Shown here: positions 12,992 to 24,700 of the stretch, piece by piece
Numbering within the stretch: position 1 is the first letter of the stretch
Layout of the letters: the number at the start of each line of letters is the position of its first letter
Assembly: GCA_965649825.1 (NCBI GenBank)
Contig: OZ287698.1
Span: 697,949 to 761,948 of the forward strand
DNA: 64,000 bases
Reading direction: 5' to 3'
From: Penicillus capitatus
Lineage: Eukaryota > Plantae > Chlorophyta
The notes under the pieces: model-generated
Told to the model about the DNA's origin: nothing
The model's input: only the letters and a program-made list of their open reading frames with translations
Database searches by the model: none
Made by a program: the position numbers and the translations under genes

Positions 12992-15189
12992 ATGAACAGA
13001 TTCGAGTGCGCCTGGACAACGGCATTGCAGAGCGACGCCACTCAAGACGTCTTTGCATTCCTGTCATTGCTTGGACGAAAGAGGGATCATTCTGTAGTGG
13101 CTAGCTTTGTTGGCAGCACTGCGGACGAAACCGATCAAGGAAGAGAACGCCACTTGCGACTTGGAACGACAAACAGTGGCGAGACTCGCAACGGAACGCC
13201 GTCGTGCGATCGAGTGAGCAACAACGTCGTATGTCCAATGCATCAACAGTGGGAGGCTGCATCCGTAGCGTCGTCGATATCGACGCGTGCTTTGCGGCTG
13301 CTCCCTCAGAGTTCGGACGATTTGATAGAGACTCGACATCAGCGACGGAGACAAAGGTGTGTAGACATGGAATGCAGTGCTTGGGTGTATTCGTCTGTTC
13401 GTTTCAGTCGACCATCGCGACTCAGATCGAAGGATTCGAGACGCTGCGAAATATGTCCCGCCAACTGACTCTGACGCAACTCCTCGAACGTTCTGCTCGA
13501 GCGACGGCGCGGACGAATAAAGTATAACGTCACACGCTATGCTTTAGATCAGGCGTCCAAGGCAGTTGTGCGTCAATAGCGATCGGAGAGTGGATCTGGG
13601 TGTGAAGGGATGCCAAAGACTGAAGACGGCGGTGATAACCAGAGTGATCCCATGTCCTTTTCCCTAGTCCATTGCGAGCCGATGCTCAATGTTTAGCGAG
13701 GAATGGGGTGAAAATGAAGAGAGGTGTGCGAAAGGCCGGAAGACGCAAGGTTAAGTCGGTAGATCAAGGTAGAGATGCCGCTGCCGAGGAGATGGCAGAC
13801 GTACAATGCGACGAACCGGGTGCGAGTTTCAAGACAGCACGGACGAAGCTCATCGAAGATCACTACAAGAAATTCGGCAAGAATGCTGACGAGTACAAAG
13901 CACCTTTCCTGACGAGAAAGACGAGTGGAATGGGCGTCAAGGGCAAATTCGCTCCTCCCTTTGCCAAAGAGGGCCAGACAGAACCCATTCAACAAGACAG
14001 TGGAAGTGCTCTCTCTGTTCGAACCATCAATCTTCTCTCCAAAGGAACGGGCGAGCTCCCAACGGCGCTCAAGAATTTTGACTTGGCCCTTGTCGAGGCC
14101 GTCTGTTCTGAGATTCTGGACGAGGGTGCTGCTGTTCAGTGGGGAGACATCGCTGGACAAGAGACAGCAAAACAGCTCGTGCAGGAGATGGTCGTATGGC
14201 CGATGATGAATCCGCATCTCTTTCAAGGAACCAGAACGCCGCCACGCGGATTGCTGCTGTTCGGTCCGCCAGGAACAGGGAAGACATTGATCGGCAAAGC
14301 CATCGCCAGCAACATCCAAGCCACATTCTTCAGCATCAGTGCGAGTTCGTTGACGAGTAAATGGATCGGAGAAGGAGAGAAGATGGTCCGGATTCTCTTC
14401 GCCGTTGCCCAGGCCTTACAACCGACGGTCATCTTCATCGATGAGATCGATTCCATACTGTCTGCCAGAAAGAGTGATGGTATGTATGCGTCGCACAGAA
14501 TGTGTGGCAATGGTGGTGTGCTCACTCTTGGATGATGCTTTGAGGGGAACATGAGTCAAGTCGTCGTATCAAGACAGAGTTGTTGATACAGATGGATGGA
14601 TGTAGTTCCCAGTCGACGAGCGCCCGTATTCTGGTTGTTGGTGCCACTAATCGGCCACAGGTCACATCATCTTGCCTAAGGTCATACACCGAAGGCGGTG
14701 GGTGGTGCAGGAACTGGATGAAGCAGCCAGAAGGCGCCTGCCAAAACAGCTCTATATTCCATTGCCCTGTTCAGCAGCCCGTCATCACATGATCGTGGAT
14801 CTCCTCAGTAACGAAAACGCTCATCGCGACGTGGTGTGTCATGTGTGCTTTGATGTGACGTCTTAGGCGATGTGCAGTATGCTTTGTCGGATCGTGATGT
14901 TCAGAAGATTGTGGAAAAGACAGATGGGTACTCAGGGGCGGATATGCGCAATCTCATCCAAGAGGCATGTCAAGGGCCCGTTCGTGAAGTCTTCATAAAA
15001 AATGGCGCCAATATTGCCACCGTTTCTGAAGATGCACTGCGTCCTGTTCGTATTCGAGACTTCCAAGTGGCTGCTCGTGCTCAGAAGCCATCCGTCCATC
15101 CGTCAGAGATCGCTCAGTACATTGAGTACAATGAGAAGCATGGGGCTAAGATGGCCGACGTTCCATCAGAGAGTGAAGAAGATTGGTGA
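12992..15189 (+). CDS. FIGNL1: Fidgetin-like 1 AAA ATPase (start approximate)
   Basis: [68 protein letters not shown]|[16 protein letters not shown]; stop TGA at 15187-15189. Confidence 0.9.
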
Positions 15190-16470
15190 TGCGAACACTG
15201 AAGGGATTACGGGTAACACTCTCCGTATCGCGTCCGCGATCGGCGAGGCGATGCCTACGACGTGTCCTCCGCGCCCATCCGATCCAGAAAGCCGGAATTG
15301 TCGATCCTCGCCTGCGACGCGTTTTCGATAACGTCGACGAAACGACGACGCGCAAAGACAAACGCGGCGTCACACGTGAGGGCAAGGCATCCGTCTCTTC
15401 ATCCGCCGAAGCAGACGACTGGGCGGAAGATGGAGAACGAACAAACATCGACTGGGGAGCCACTGAGCAGCGCCCTGAGGCAGAAGCGGCCGAACAGGAG
15501 AACGAACGATTTCGAAACGAAGGAACCTCTTATTACAAGGCCTCCAGTATTTCTGTACTGAACGAAGAGGACAAGGTGCCGTACGGGTGACAAGGGTAGA
15601 CCCGAGATGCATCCATCTGTGTATGTAGGAAAAGATTCTGCCACTCGTTCCTTTGGGAGACCAGGCGAATTTCTACGCCCCTCGAGAACTCTCGACGTGT
15701 GTCATCGCATCCTCATGGCCGTACTGGTGATCGCAGTATCGTGGCAGGAGATTGACATGGTGGGGATCGGCGTTATGTGGATGTGTGTTGTTTGCCAACA
15801 GTGCCACATGGATGGCGGCTCTGTCGCTCTCTGCACCTCTGCTGTTGCCATGGGGAATGGCAGGTGGTGTTCCCCTCCACGATAGCTCATATTCTCTGCG
15901 ATCGATGGTGATAGGACTACGCAATTGGGAACTGCAATCGAATGGCAGGACAGCGTTTATGGGAATATGGCATTGCCAAGTCCTCGCTTCAGAGATCCTC
16001 GAAACCACTGTGCTGTCCAATCCCATCGCATCGCTGCAGGCAGAGGAGTGGTGTGTGATCATAGAGAACGGCGCGTCTCTTGATTGGCGATCCTTGGAAC
16101 GGCGGCGCCCGGACCGAAATGCTGGTGCCCATAACGACACCGTCCGTTTTCTCGTCAAATCGGAAACGCGTGCCGCTCACTCTTTTCTTTGGTCGCAGAG
16201 ATGCAATGCCCAACATTGGAGAGCTCTGTGATCTATTGGTCCTGAGCAAATTCAGCGACTTTAGGGAATTCAAGGTTAGACACATGAATGGCATCGCTGT
16301 CGGATGCCGTATGCTGATGATCTCTCTAGGCGGTGCGGGAGGCGTTTTTTCCTCGGACACGTGTTTGGCTAGCAGAGTATCCCTTTATCCATCGAGAGAA
16401 TTTCTATCGCTTTATTTGTGCGATTCAAAAACAACAGAACGAAATTATTATGGATCAGGATCACTGGTAA
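15189..16470 (+). CDS. Probable plastid-targeted membrane protein, multi-exon (resembles a conserved cyanobacterial/plastid family)
   Basis: Arg/Ser/Val-rich, acid-free N-terminus [21 protein letters not shown]. Spliced exons give ILPLVPLGDQANFY, LLLPWGMAG, ELCDLLVLSK and final FFPRTRVWLAEYPFIHRENF...DHW*. The family resemblance is from memory, not a search. Confidence 0.6.
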
Positions 16471-16488
16471 TTGGCAAATAGTGGCTGC

Positions 16489-18992
16489 TCAGTTGTTAGA
16501 AGATGCAGCCGTCTGATCTGTCATCTCAATGTGGAGGACAGCGCTTTCTCTGGTCGCTCCCACGGTGGCACTCTCTCGACAGATGGGACAGCTGGTGTTT
16601 CTTCGGAACCATTGTGTAATGCATTTTTCGTGAAAAGTGTGATGACAGGGGAGGTGCACCAACACATCTCCATCGATATAATCGCCAATGCAGATCGCAC
16701 ACATCCCTTCCTCCCTGAACCACACGGCAGTGCTCAGAAAGAGGTTTCGGCAAAACAGACTTCCAGACTCGTTGGAGGAAAGCGAATGGTTTTCTGCTGG
16801 AGTGCAGTAGACCGATCGCTCGTAACCGCTGAGCAGATTCACGGCCGTCTCTACGGGACGCTCATTCTCTTCGGCCGCCTATCACTCGATGCTTTATGAC
16901 ATCAGCATAGATTCTGTGAATGGACTTCTGGAGTGGATCCGTCTTGATGGACGGGTTGGCGACGGATCCTGCTGCTGAGCATCTTAAGGATGAAGAGGAT
17001 GAGCACGAGCAACGTTATCGCCGCCGTTCCAAGAACGCACAAGACGAAGACTCTGAATGCGAGGCTCCCTTCGGATGGCGTCAATTCAATGGTATACCTA
17101 AAACCCCAGCCGATCTGTTTCTCTGCCTTCTCCGTGTCTGTCGTGCCTGAACGATTGATGCACGAAGAGATCGATATTAAAGAGGCCGAATGTCAGATTG
17201 CCTTCCGATAGGAGACCGGTCGGGATGTCGTGGACAGACCTGCCTCCCGGTCCGTAATGTGCGAGATACCTGTGGGTGTACACTGACATATTTGGCAATC
17301 CATTGCGTCTGGCATAGAGAACGGGATGCGCGTCTGCATCGCTCTCGATGGTGACGTGCAGTTTTACGGTCGCAGGCAGCTGCTGAATCTGATGATCTGT
17401 GAGACGCCATTCGAAGTAAACGGCATCATCCGGTAACAGCTCCCCGTACTTCGGGTGCCTGATTTTGATCTCGAGCAATCGACGGTCACACCATCGACCG
17501 GCATAACCTGTATGAACAGTTCTATATGGAGTGAGGTGTCGTACATTGCGCACGCACCCAGCTCACACATGCATTCAAAGGACGCGCTGTCGTGTGTCCA
17601 GGAGCAGCTGCCATGTGACGAGCAGTTGAACGGGCAGAGGGGCGGGGATCGCACCACATCGACGTGCACTTCAAATTTCGCCGTCCTTTCGATTCTCCCT
17701 GGATTGTTGTATATGGCAATATCGTAGGATCGATCTACCGACACTGTTCGGGAGAGATAGTGCCGAGTGGACATCGTCTTGAGAGATGCGGCATCTGCAC
17801 ACTCTGGATAGTCCAGTATAGACGGCAGCTCATTCCGAATGCCTTTGGTGTTTTCCGATGGCTTCAAAAAGAGAATCGGATCGCCCGAAATGCGTTTCAG
17901 CTCGACGAAGAAGCCTTCCACTCCACTCGGGACCTTGCTGGGCAGACAGGCAACGATCGCAAAGCATCGAAGGGGTAGGGAGACGCACGAACATGGAAAG
18001 AGAAGTAATGCCACTGGCGCACACCGAGGGCGTCCACTCGATGACGATCGCCCGACATGAGTGTCTTCAGTTGTGCGGAACAGCCATCGTCTCCCCATCC
18101 TTCTTCGCATCGACAGCCACTTCGAAGGTCGCCCTTCGGATCACCGATCCCACGCGTGTCCACAGAAGGCATAAGGCGCAATGACTTGTTCACAGATGCC
18201 ATGCTGTGTGCAAGCAGGTGCTGTTGGAAGTGGAGATGGACATGGGGCGTGATCGAGGCAGGTCGCCCGAACGGTGAAATTTCGCAGTGGAATTTGTGTC
18301 CAGGTCTTTATGTTGTAAACGGTCATGTACCTGCAACACAGATGTCTCAGTTCCTTTCTCCACAAAATCGCGTTCTCTTGTGACCAATGGTCACTCTTTT
18401 CGTCGAGTGTGATATCCATGCTCGCGGGGAGATAGACATGATGGTAGGCACGCATCAACAACCATGCTCTGGAATCGTATTGCGAACCGGAAGAGGCGTC
18501 TCCGTGACGCAAAGGGGGACGAAAGATCAAGCTCCCATGTGCAGATAGAGAGACCTGAGATCAGGAACAGTTCGTTGTATACTTTTGCTAGCGGTCGGTT
18601 ATCGACCTCTGGAATCTGCCCATTGGCCAGGATCACGATGAGATCTGCGAATTCTCGATGATTTCGTTCGGGATATGCAAGTTGATCCAAGTCCCACAGT
18701 TCGACATGGACATAGCTGCGAAGCGGTGCTCGACGGAACGGAAGAAGATCGCCATTTCGATGCACCTTCGCTGCGCCGAGCAGGTCGTGCCGTTGATGAA
18801 CCAGCTGCGACGTTCTCCTGGCTGAAGGCTCTCGTTTTCGATGTGACACGCATCGCGATTGCCGTCGTGATTGAGCGGCAACTCATCGACAGAATGCAAC
18901 GCATGGTACGTCTCGAAGATCGAAATTCGTAGAGGATCCGCCGATCCGCTGAACATCGGCCACACGAGAAGTAAGCAAAGAACGTAGATCAT
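16489..18992 (-). CDS. Type I membrane RING-H2 E3 ligase with signal peptide and two EGF-like domains
   Basis: Signal MIYVLCLLLVWPMFSGSA; EGF-like CTQHGIC...CRCEEGWGDDGCS and CPFNCSSHGSC...CMCELG...YAGRWCD; TM LAFRVFVLCVLGTAAITLLVLILFIL; RING-H2 CAICIGDY...LPCHHTFHEKCITQW....SCPICR. Confidence 0.85.
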
Positions 18993-19049
18993 GGAGAGTA
19001 GTAGTCCGTCAATCGTCGAGCGTCGTTAGTCGCCATCTATGGCAAACTG

Positions 19050-20283
19050 CTAATGGAGAACATCACGGATGGACTTCGTTCGACACGAAAGGATTCGATG
19101 ATGAGCACTCGACTGGACGTCCGCGTCGGGTACACGTGTTCTCACTCTTGACGTCATTGCCTCGCGCTGTTCTCTGTATGAGAATGTGTCGGCGGTGAGA
19201 AATGACGAAGAACATGACGGAAAGGACCCCTCGAGGCGGCAGTGCTTCTGATGCGCTTTAATGAACAGAGAGCTTTGCTGATTGCTTGTCCTTGAACGAG
19301 GGAATACATAGACACGTTTCGGCACGGTTTCGTGTTCAAGCGCGAAACTCTTTAGGGAAGGACGCATTCGTGAGTAGACCGACCGGTCGATTGTTCGTCA
19401 CTTCGAGTCTGTGTGTTTTCATCCGTGATTCCCACACGTGTCACTTCGGCGACGTGACTCATAAGAGAATCTATCCATTGGTTGTTGTTCAGTATCGATT
19501 GCGTGCACTTCCTTAGCCCTCGCGAAAAAAGCTTACGCCGCTGCTCTCTTTGATACACACAAACGGGTCCGTTTCTAAAAACATTGTCTTCAGTTTCTCG
19601 TCGCCAAAGGTTATGGTGGACAGTCTCGACATCAAAAAGACGCGTAAGCGACCTTCACTTTTTGGCCCGGTCGATGCGAGTGATGAACAGATGCGCCACT
19701 CTCGGAGTTAGAACAGGACGACGACCATTCCGTCGATTCAACGCACGCGATTCACATACGCGTCCAACAACGCAACGGACGAAAATCGTTGACGACTGTA
19801 CAGGTTGGTAGGCGCTTTGCTGCAGCTGTTCTCTGAATCGTAGTGCGAAGGGCTTGGACGAGAAGTACGATAAGCGACGCATCTTGAAAGGTTTCAAGAA
19901 GGGTAAGGAAGCTGCAAAGAAGGCAGTGCATAAGATGCGTGCTGTGTAGAATTTTGTTGTAACGGTACAGTCGTGGTGGATCCTCAACTCGGTCAGATTT
20001 TGCAGCTGCAAGGCGATCAACGAAAGAGTGTTCTCCAATTCTTGGTCGATAAGCGCTTAGCCAACAAAACAGATATCAAAGTCCATGGATTCTGAGCCTG
20101 GATTTGAAGTCCCATTAAACTCAGATGCTGTTCATTGATGTGACTGATTCTTCTGGAGTGGACACTGAATGTAGACATGAAGATGTTACAAGATACCATT
20201 AGAAATACTTGCTCGGCAGCAGCAATAGCTTGTTTGCGGCCTCGAATCGTTGCGCGGTTTACGAGACATCGGTGCGTGATCAA
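19050..20283 (-). CDS. Possible hypothetical multi-exon gene(s)
   Basis: Chain of minus-strand ORFs (20017..20283, 19655..20038, 19352..19558, 19050..19367) inside a gene-dense block; no recognisable motif and exon structure unresolved. Confidence 0.3.
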
Positions 20284-20466
20284 GTCTTAACAGGTAATGT
20301 TTGTTCTGCAACACACACGACGTGCACAAACAAACACATCGAACGGCCTCATTCATTGCCAGACTCTACAGACCGCCGAGCGTCGCTCAGCATCTCAAAA
20401 AGGTTCACAATACAGAAAGGGGCACGCCATCAACTGTGTCGGCAAAATAGAAAGAGAGTGAGACAT

Positions 20467-21061
20467 CTAGTTCTCGCGGATCAAATCGAAGAACTCTTTG
20501 TACGCCACACGACCATCTCCATGCTTATCGGTCTTGCGAATGAGATCCTCGATCGTGGTCGATGTTCCCAGAGCAGAACGCACTTCCTCGGCCGTGACAA
20601 ATCCATCGTTGTTGACGTCAAATTCAGCGACCTTCCTCACATTCTCCGACTTGAGGATGTACTCCCAGGTGGTCGGATGAGCCTTCGGGTCGTCGACGTA
20701 GTCAAAGTAAGAACGGCCTTTCTCCGTGTTGTAATTTCGGCCTGGGTTGAACACGGACTGCCACACGTCGAGGCGCGTCCCTGGACAAAGAGTGAAGACG
20801 TGCGCGTCGAAATGGGCATTACCTTTGTAGGAGCCCGCGCTCGACGTGCTTCGGCGAGATTCGATGTGAGCCTCGTCGACGCTGGAGTCGGTACTGGTCC
20901 GGCGGAGTTCTTCTTCGACTAAAGATCCAGACAGTGACAGACGCTATCGCAGCGGAAGTCATACCGTCTTGACCGACGCTGAGACTGAAGTCGTTGAAGC
21001 TCGGACTCTTGGAGAGGTCGGAAGAGTCGCGTCGCAGAAAATACTTCAAAAGGGTCGACAT
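20467..21061 (-). CDS. DRM1/ARP (dormancy/auxin-repressed)-like motif fused to two EF-hands; introns 20919-20964 and 20781-20822
   Basis: GT-AG splicing gives one frame: MSTLLKYF...GTRLDVWQSVFNPGRNYNTEKGRSYFD...PTTWEYIL, then EF loops DVNNDGFVTAEE and DKHGDGRVAYKE. Confidence 0.75.
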
Positions 21062-21734
21062 GTTGTCTGCTCTGTAGTAACAGCTGTGCTGAACGTGTGG
21101 CTTTGAAAGGCAAGAAAACAAACGACGTACAGCCAAAGTCGCGTCTTTACGTCACGTCTTACCAATTAGCGTCATCTCAGACCAACGCAACAACTGGCAG
21201 TCACGATCCGCTTCCGCCTCATTCAAGATTGGAGGTCCCATTGTCCTCGTCTCGTTCACTGCCTATCTCTTCGCTCACCATGAGGATACAAAGCTATTGA
21301 ATGCTGCACAGAACCGACCTCCGACGGATTCTTCAGCACCCGAAAGTATGACTCCCCAAAGTGCTGTAGATTTCTAGAGAAGATCAAGTTCGTGCCCTCT
21401 GCTCTCTTTCTATGAGCGATGAAGCTTCCCACCGACGGCGAGACAATTGATCGAAGGAATCGGATAGGAATCGATAATGATTATAAATCACGAATGATGG
21501 TTGAACAATAACAACGACCTATCCTTACACCATTACAGATGTTTTCTTGACGCTGTTTGAATACAAATTCGTCGGCTACGTCTGTTGTATCGACTCATCG
21601 AACTATTTCTTTGGTACTGGGATTGTGAGAATCCCGGCAATCGGCATCGGCCTGTCTCAAGGCAGACGCTGCGAGTGTTTCGATTTCACGAACAGCTTTC
21701 TCGTTCGCTGTCCGGCGGTTTATTGCGTGTCTTC

Positions 21735-24700
21735 ATGGAGTACAGTTCTGTGGTGTGGCCGCTGTTATTCAGCTTTGCGTTTTTTCACCAAGCCTTTAGT
21801 CAAAGTATGCCACGTGGACAAAAATTCCTAGCGTATAAGGGGCTGTGCCAGACCTTTGTGCGACGTTGGTCGAAAACAATTCGTTTACTGTGGACCAGCA
21901 GACAGCGGAGGACATCCATGCGCAGCGGACGACGTTGCAAGAAGTCGTGGACTGCCTCGAAGATGGTGCGACTCTCCAGTTCGCGACGGCTGAATTCTCG
22001 TTCGACGATACCGTCGTCGTCGACAAGGACATGACCATTAGGTCCAGCGGAAAGGAAAAGACCTCACTCGGCTGCGACGGAAAACCCGTTCTCGACATCA
22101 GGCAAAAATCCTCGCCGTCAGCCCCATGTGACGGCGGGTCGTGTGTGAAGGAGGGCACGTGTCAACATCTCCGACGTCGCGTTCAGAAAGTGCAGACTGG
22201 ACACGGCGGAAGCTCCTGTCGTCGTGGGACAGGATGCGGATGTCGCCTTCAGGTCTGTGCTGTTCCTGCGCAACACCAACGACGGGGGCCCCAGTGCGAT
22301 CGCCGCATCCGTCGGCTCCAGCATCGCCATCGAAGACTCCGAGTTTCGACACAACCGCGGCGCGACGGGGACGGTGGTGCTTTCTGGCGCGAGAGGCCTC
22401 GCCGTGTCCCGCTCGTCCTTTTCCGGCAACAGAGCGACGCGTCGGGGTGCTGGCGGCGGCGTCTTCCTGGTCCAAGTATGAGCACGAGCACACGGGCTTT
22501 GGACATCGCCGCGTGCCTAGGGCGATGAAGAAGCGACCACAGTGACCGTGAGAGATGCGACCAGGTTCTTCGAGAACGAAGCCGTCCACGGGGACGGGGG
22601 AGCCGTTCGAGTTTCGGGGACCGGCGTCTCTCTCGCCATCGACTCGGACGTTACGTTCAAAGGAAACGTCGCTGGCCGAAGTGGAGGCGCCATCTTTGCA
22701 GAGAACGCGACCACTCTGACCGTCGCGAACGCCTTCTTCGTCGAAAACGAAGCCAAAGACTTGGGCGGCGGAGCTGTCTTCGTGGAGGTGCGCACTCTAC
22801 TGTCGCTGTCTCGAGCGAGAGTACCAGCCCGTGCTGCCACAGGATGAGCGAAAGGAAGGCCTGATCGTCGAGATCGCTGACGTGCTCTTTGCTCGGAATC
22901 GCGCCACTGGGTATCTAGGCTCTGGCGGCGCGATTCGGATGCTGGGGAGAGGCGTCAGCTGCACGCTGACAGATTCCGTTTTGTTCACGCTCAACACCGC
23001 GAATCTGGACGGCGGCGGAGTGCACCTCTCGGAACTGATCTCGGCGAACATCAGCGCTGCGTCGTTCATCGGCAACGAAGCTCTCAACGGAGGCGGCGCT
23101 GCCCTGTTCGTTCTGGTAAGATCTCGTCCATTCGAAGCCTCCATCAGTTACCTCTGGTTCTTTGCGCCAGTCGACTCGGCGACTGCATGCTGTGAAGATG
23201 AAAGTGCTCGTTACCGACACAAAGTTCCTCTTCAATCGTGGTCTATACGCCAACCGCGGAGGAGGGTGCGTCGGCGTCACAGGAGCGGGATCCGACGTCA
23301 CATTCAATCGCTGCAGTTTCAAGGACAACGATGGAGGACATGGAGCTGGCGGCGCAATCTACGTCATCAGTGGCTCAGTTATCAGAATCGCATCCTCGGA
23401 CTTCGTGAGGAATAAGGCAGAGTGGGGCGGTGCCTTGTACGGCGAGGTAAGAACTTTGCCATTCGGCGCCTCCCTGTATGTCTGTTCGTCAGAATGACGT
23501 GATGTTTGACATCAACACCGCCAAGTTCACAAACAACTCGGCAGGGGAAGGAGGTGCCATCCACGGCCGCGGCAATGTAGACGTCACCACGGACAATTGC
23601 ACATTCGAAAGGAACAGAGCTTTGGTTGATGGAGGAGCTGTCAAAGTGCGAAACTTTTTCTCATCCGGAGACGACCTGGCACGATTCCGAATGACGAACA
23701 GCACTTTCACGGAGAACAAAGCCGGCTCCAACTTGTTCGAAGACAGAATTTATGGCACAGAGACAGAGGGAGGAGCCATAGTAGCAGAAGGCAATGGAAT
23801 CGAATTAGAACTTCTGAACAACACGTTCAAGAGGAATCTGGCCTCGAATGGAGGCGCCCTAAGCATCTATGCCGTTGCTGCTTGCAACATCAACGGTGGC
23901 AACACGTAAGCGTAGACTGGGGTGATGACAGATGCTGAGAGATGTTGCAGGTTTGAAGACAACAAAGCAACCTTCGGCGCCGCCATTTTCTTGGTTGTCG
24001 ACGAACAAGTCGATCCCACTAGGTGGATATTGTATCGTGTTGCTGGTGCAATTTTTCGAAATAACAACGTTGAGGTTGAAGGCGGAGGCATCTATGTCTC
24101 AAACACTCGGACAGAATTCAACTCGGTATCGGTATTGCCGAACGCACGCATTTTCCTTCTGCAAATGGAGGACAGTTCATTCACAAACAACACGTAAGCC
24201 ATCCATTCATGCCGCTGCTTCTACTGAATACCGATTATGACAGGGCAAGACATGGTGGTGGTGCGTTGTCGATGATCGGCTCAGCCGCCAAAGTCTACGG
24301 CTGCACATTCGAGTCAAACATAGCAGTGGCAAATTCAACCAGCCAGGCAACTCCGTTTCTTGGCTACGGAGGAGCCATGAACATCCAGACGGGTTCCTCA
24401 GTGGAGTGCAGGGGCTCACAGTTTCTCTCGAACAGAGCAGACGTCGGCGGAGCAGTGTTCGTCCGAGATGGTTCGTTCGAAGGAGAGGGCGTGAACTTCA
24501 CCAGGAATGCCGTTCAACCCAGAGGCGTTGGCGGTGCGGTTGCAGTAGAAATCTCCAGAGGAAAAGACATCCCAGTTCTCAACAGCGACAACCAAGTACG
24601 CAACATACTCTTCCAGTGTGAATTCTGCGATTTCAAAAGGAACAATGGATCTCTTGCCGGAGGTCTGCCAGCCTGCTTCTTTCTTTTGATGAATCACATG

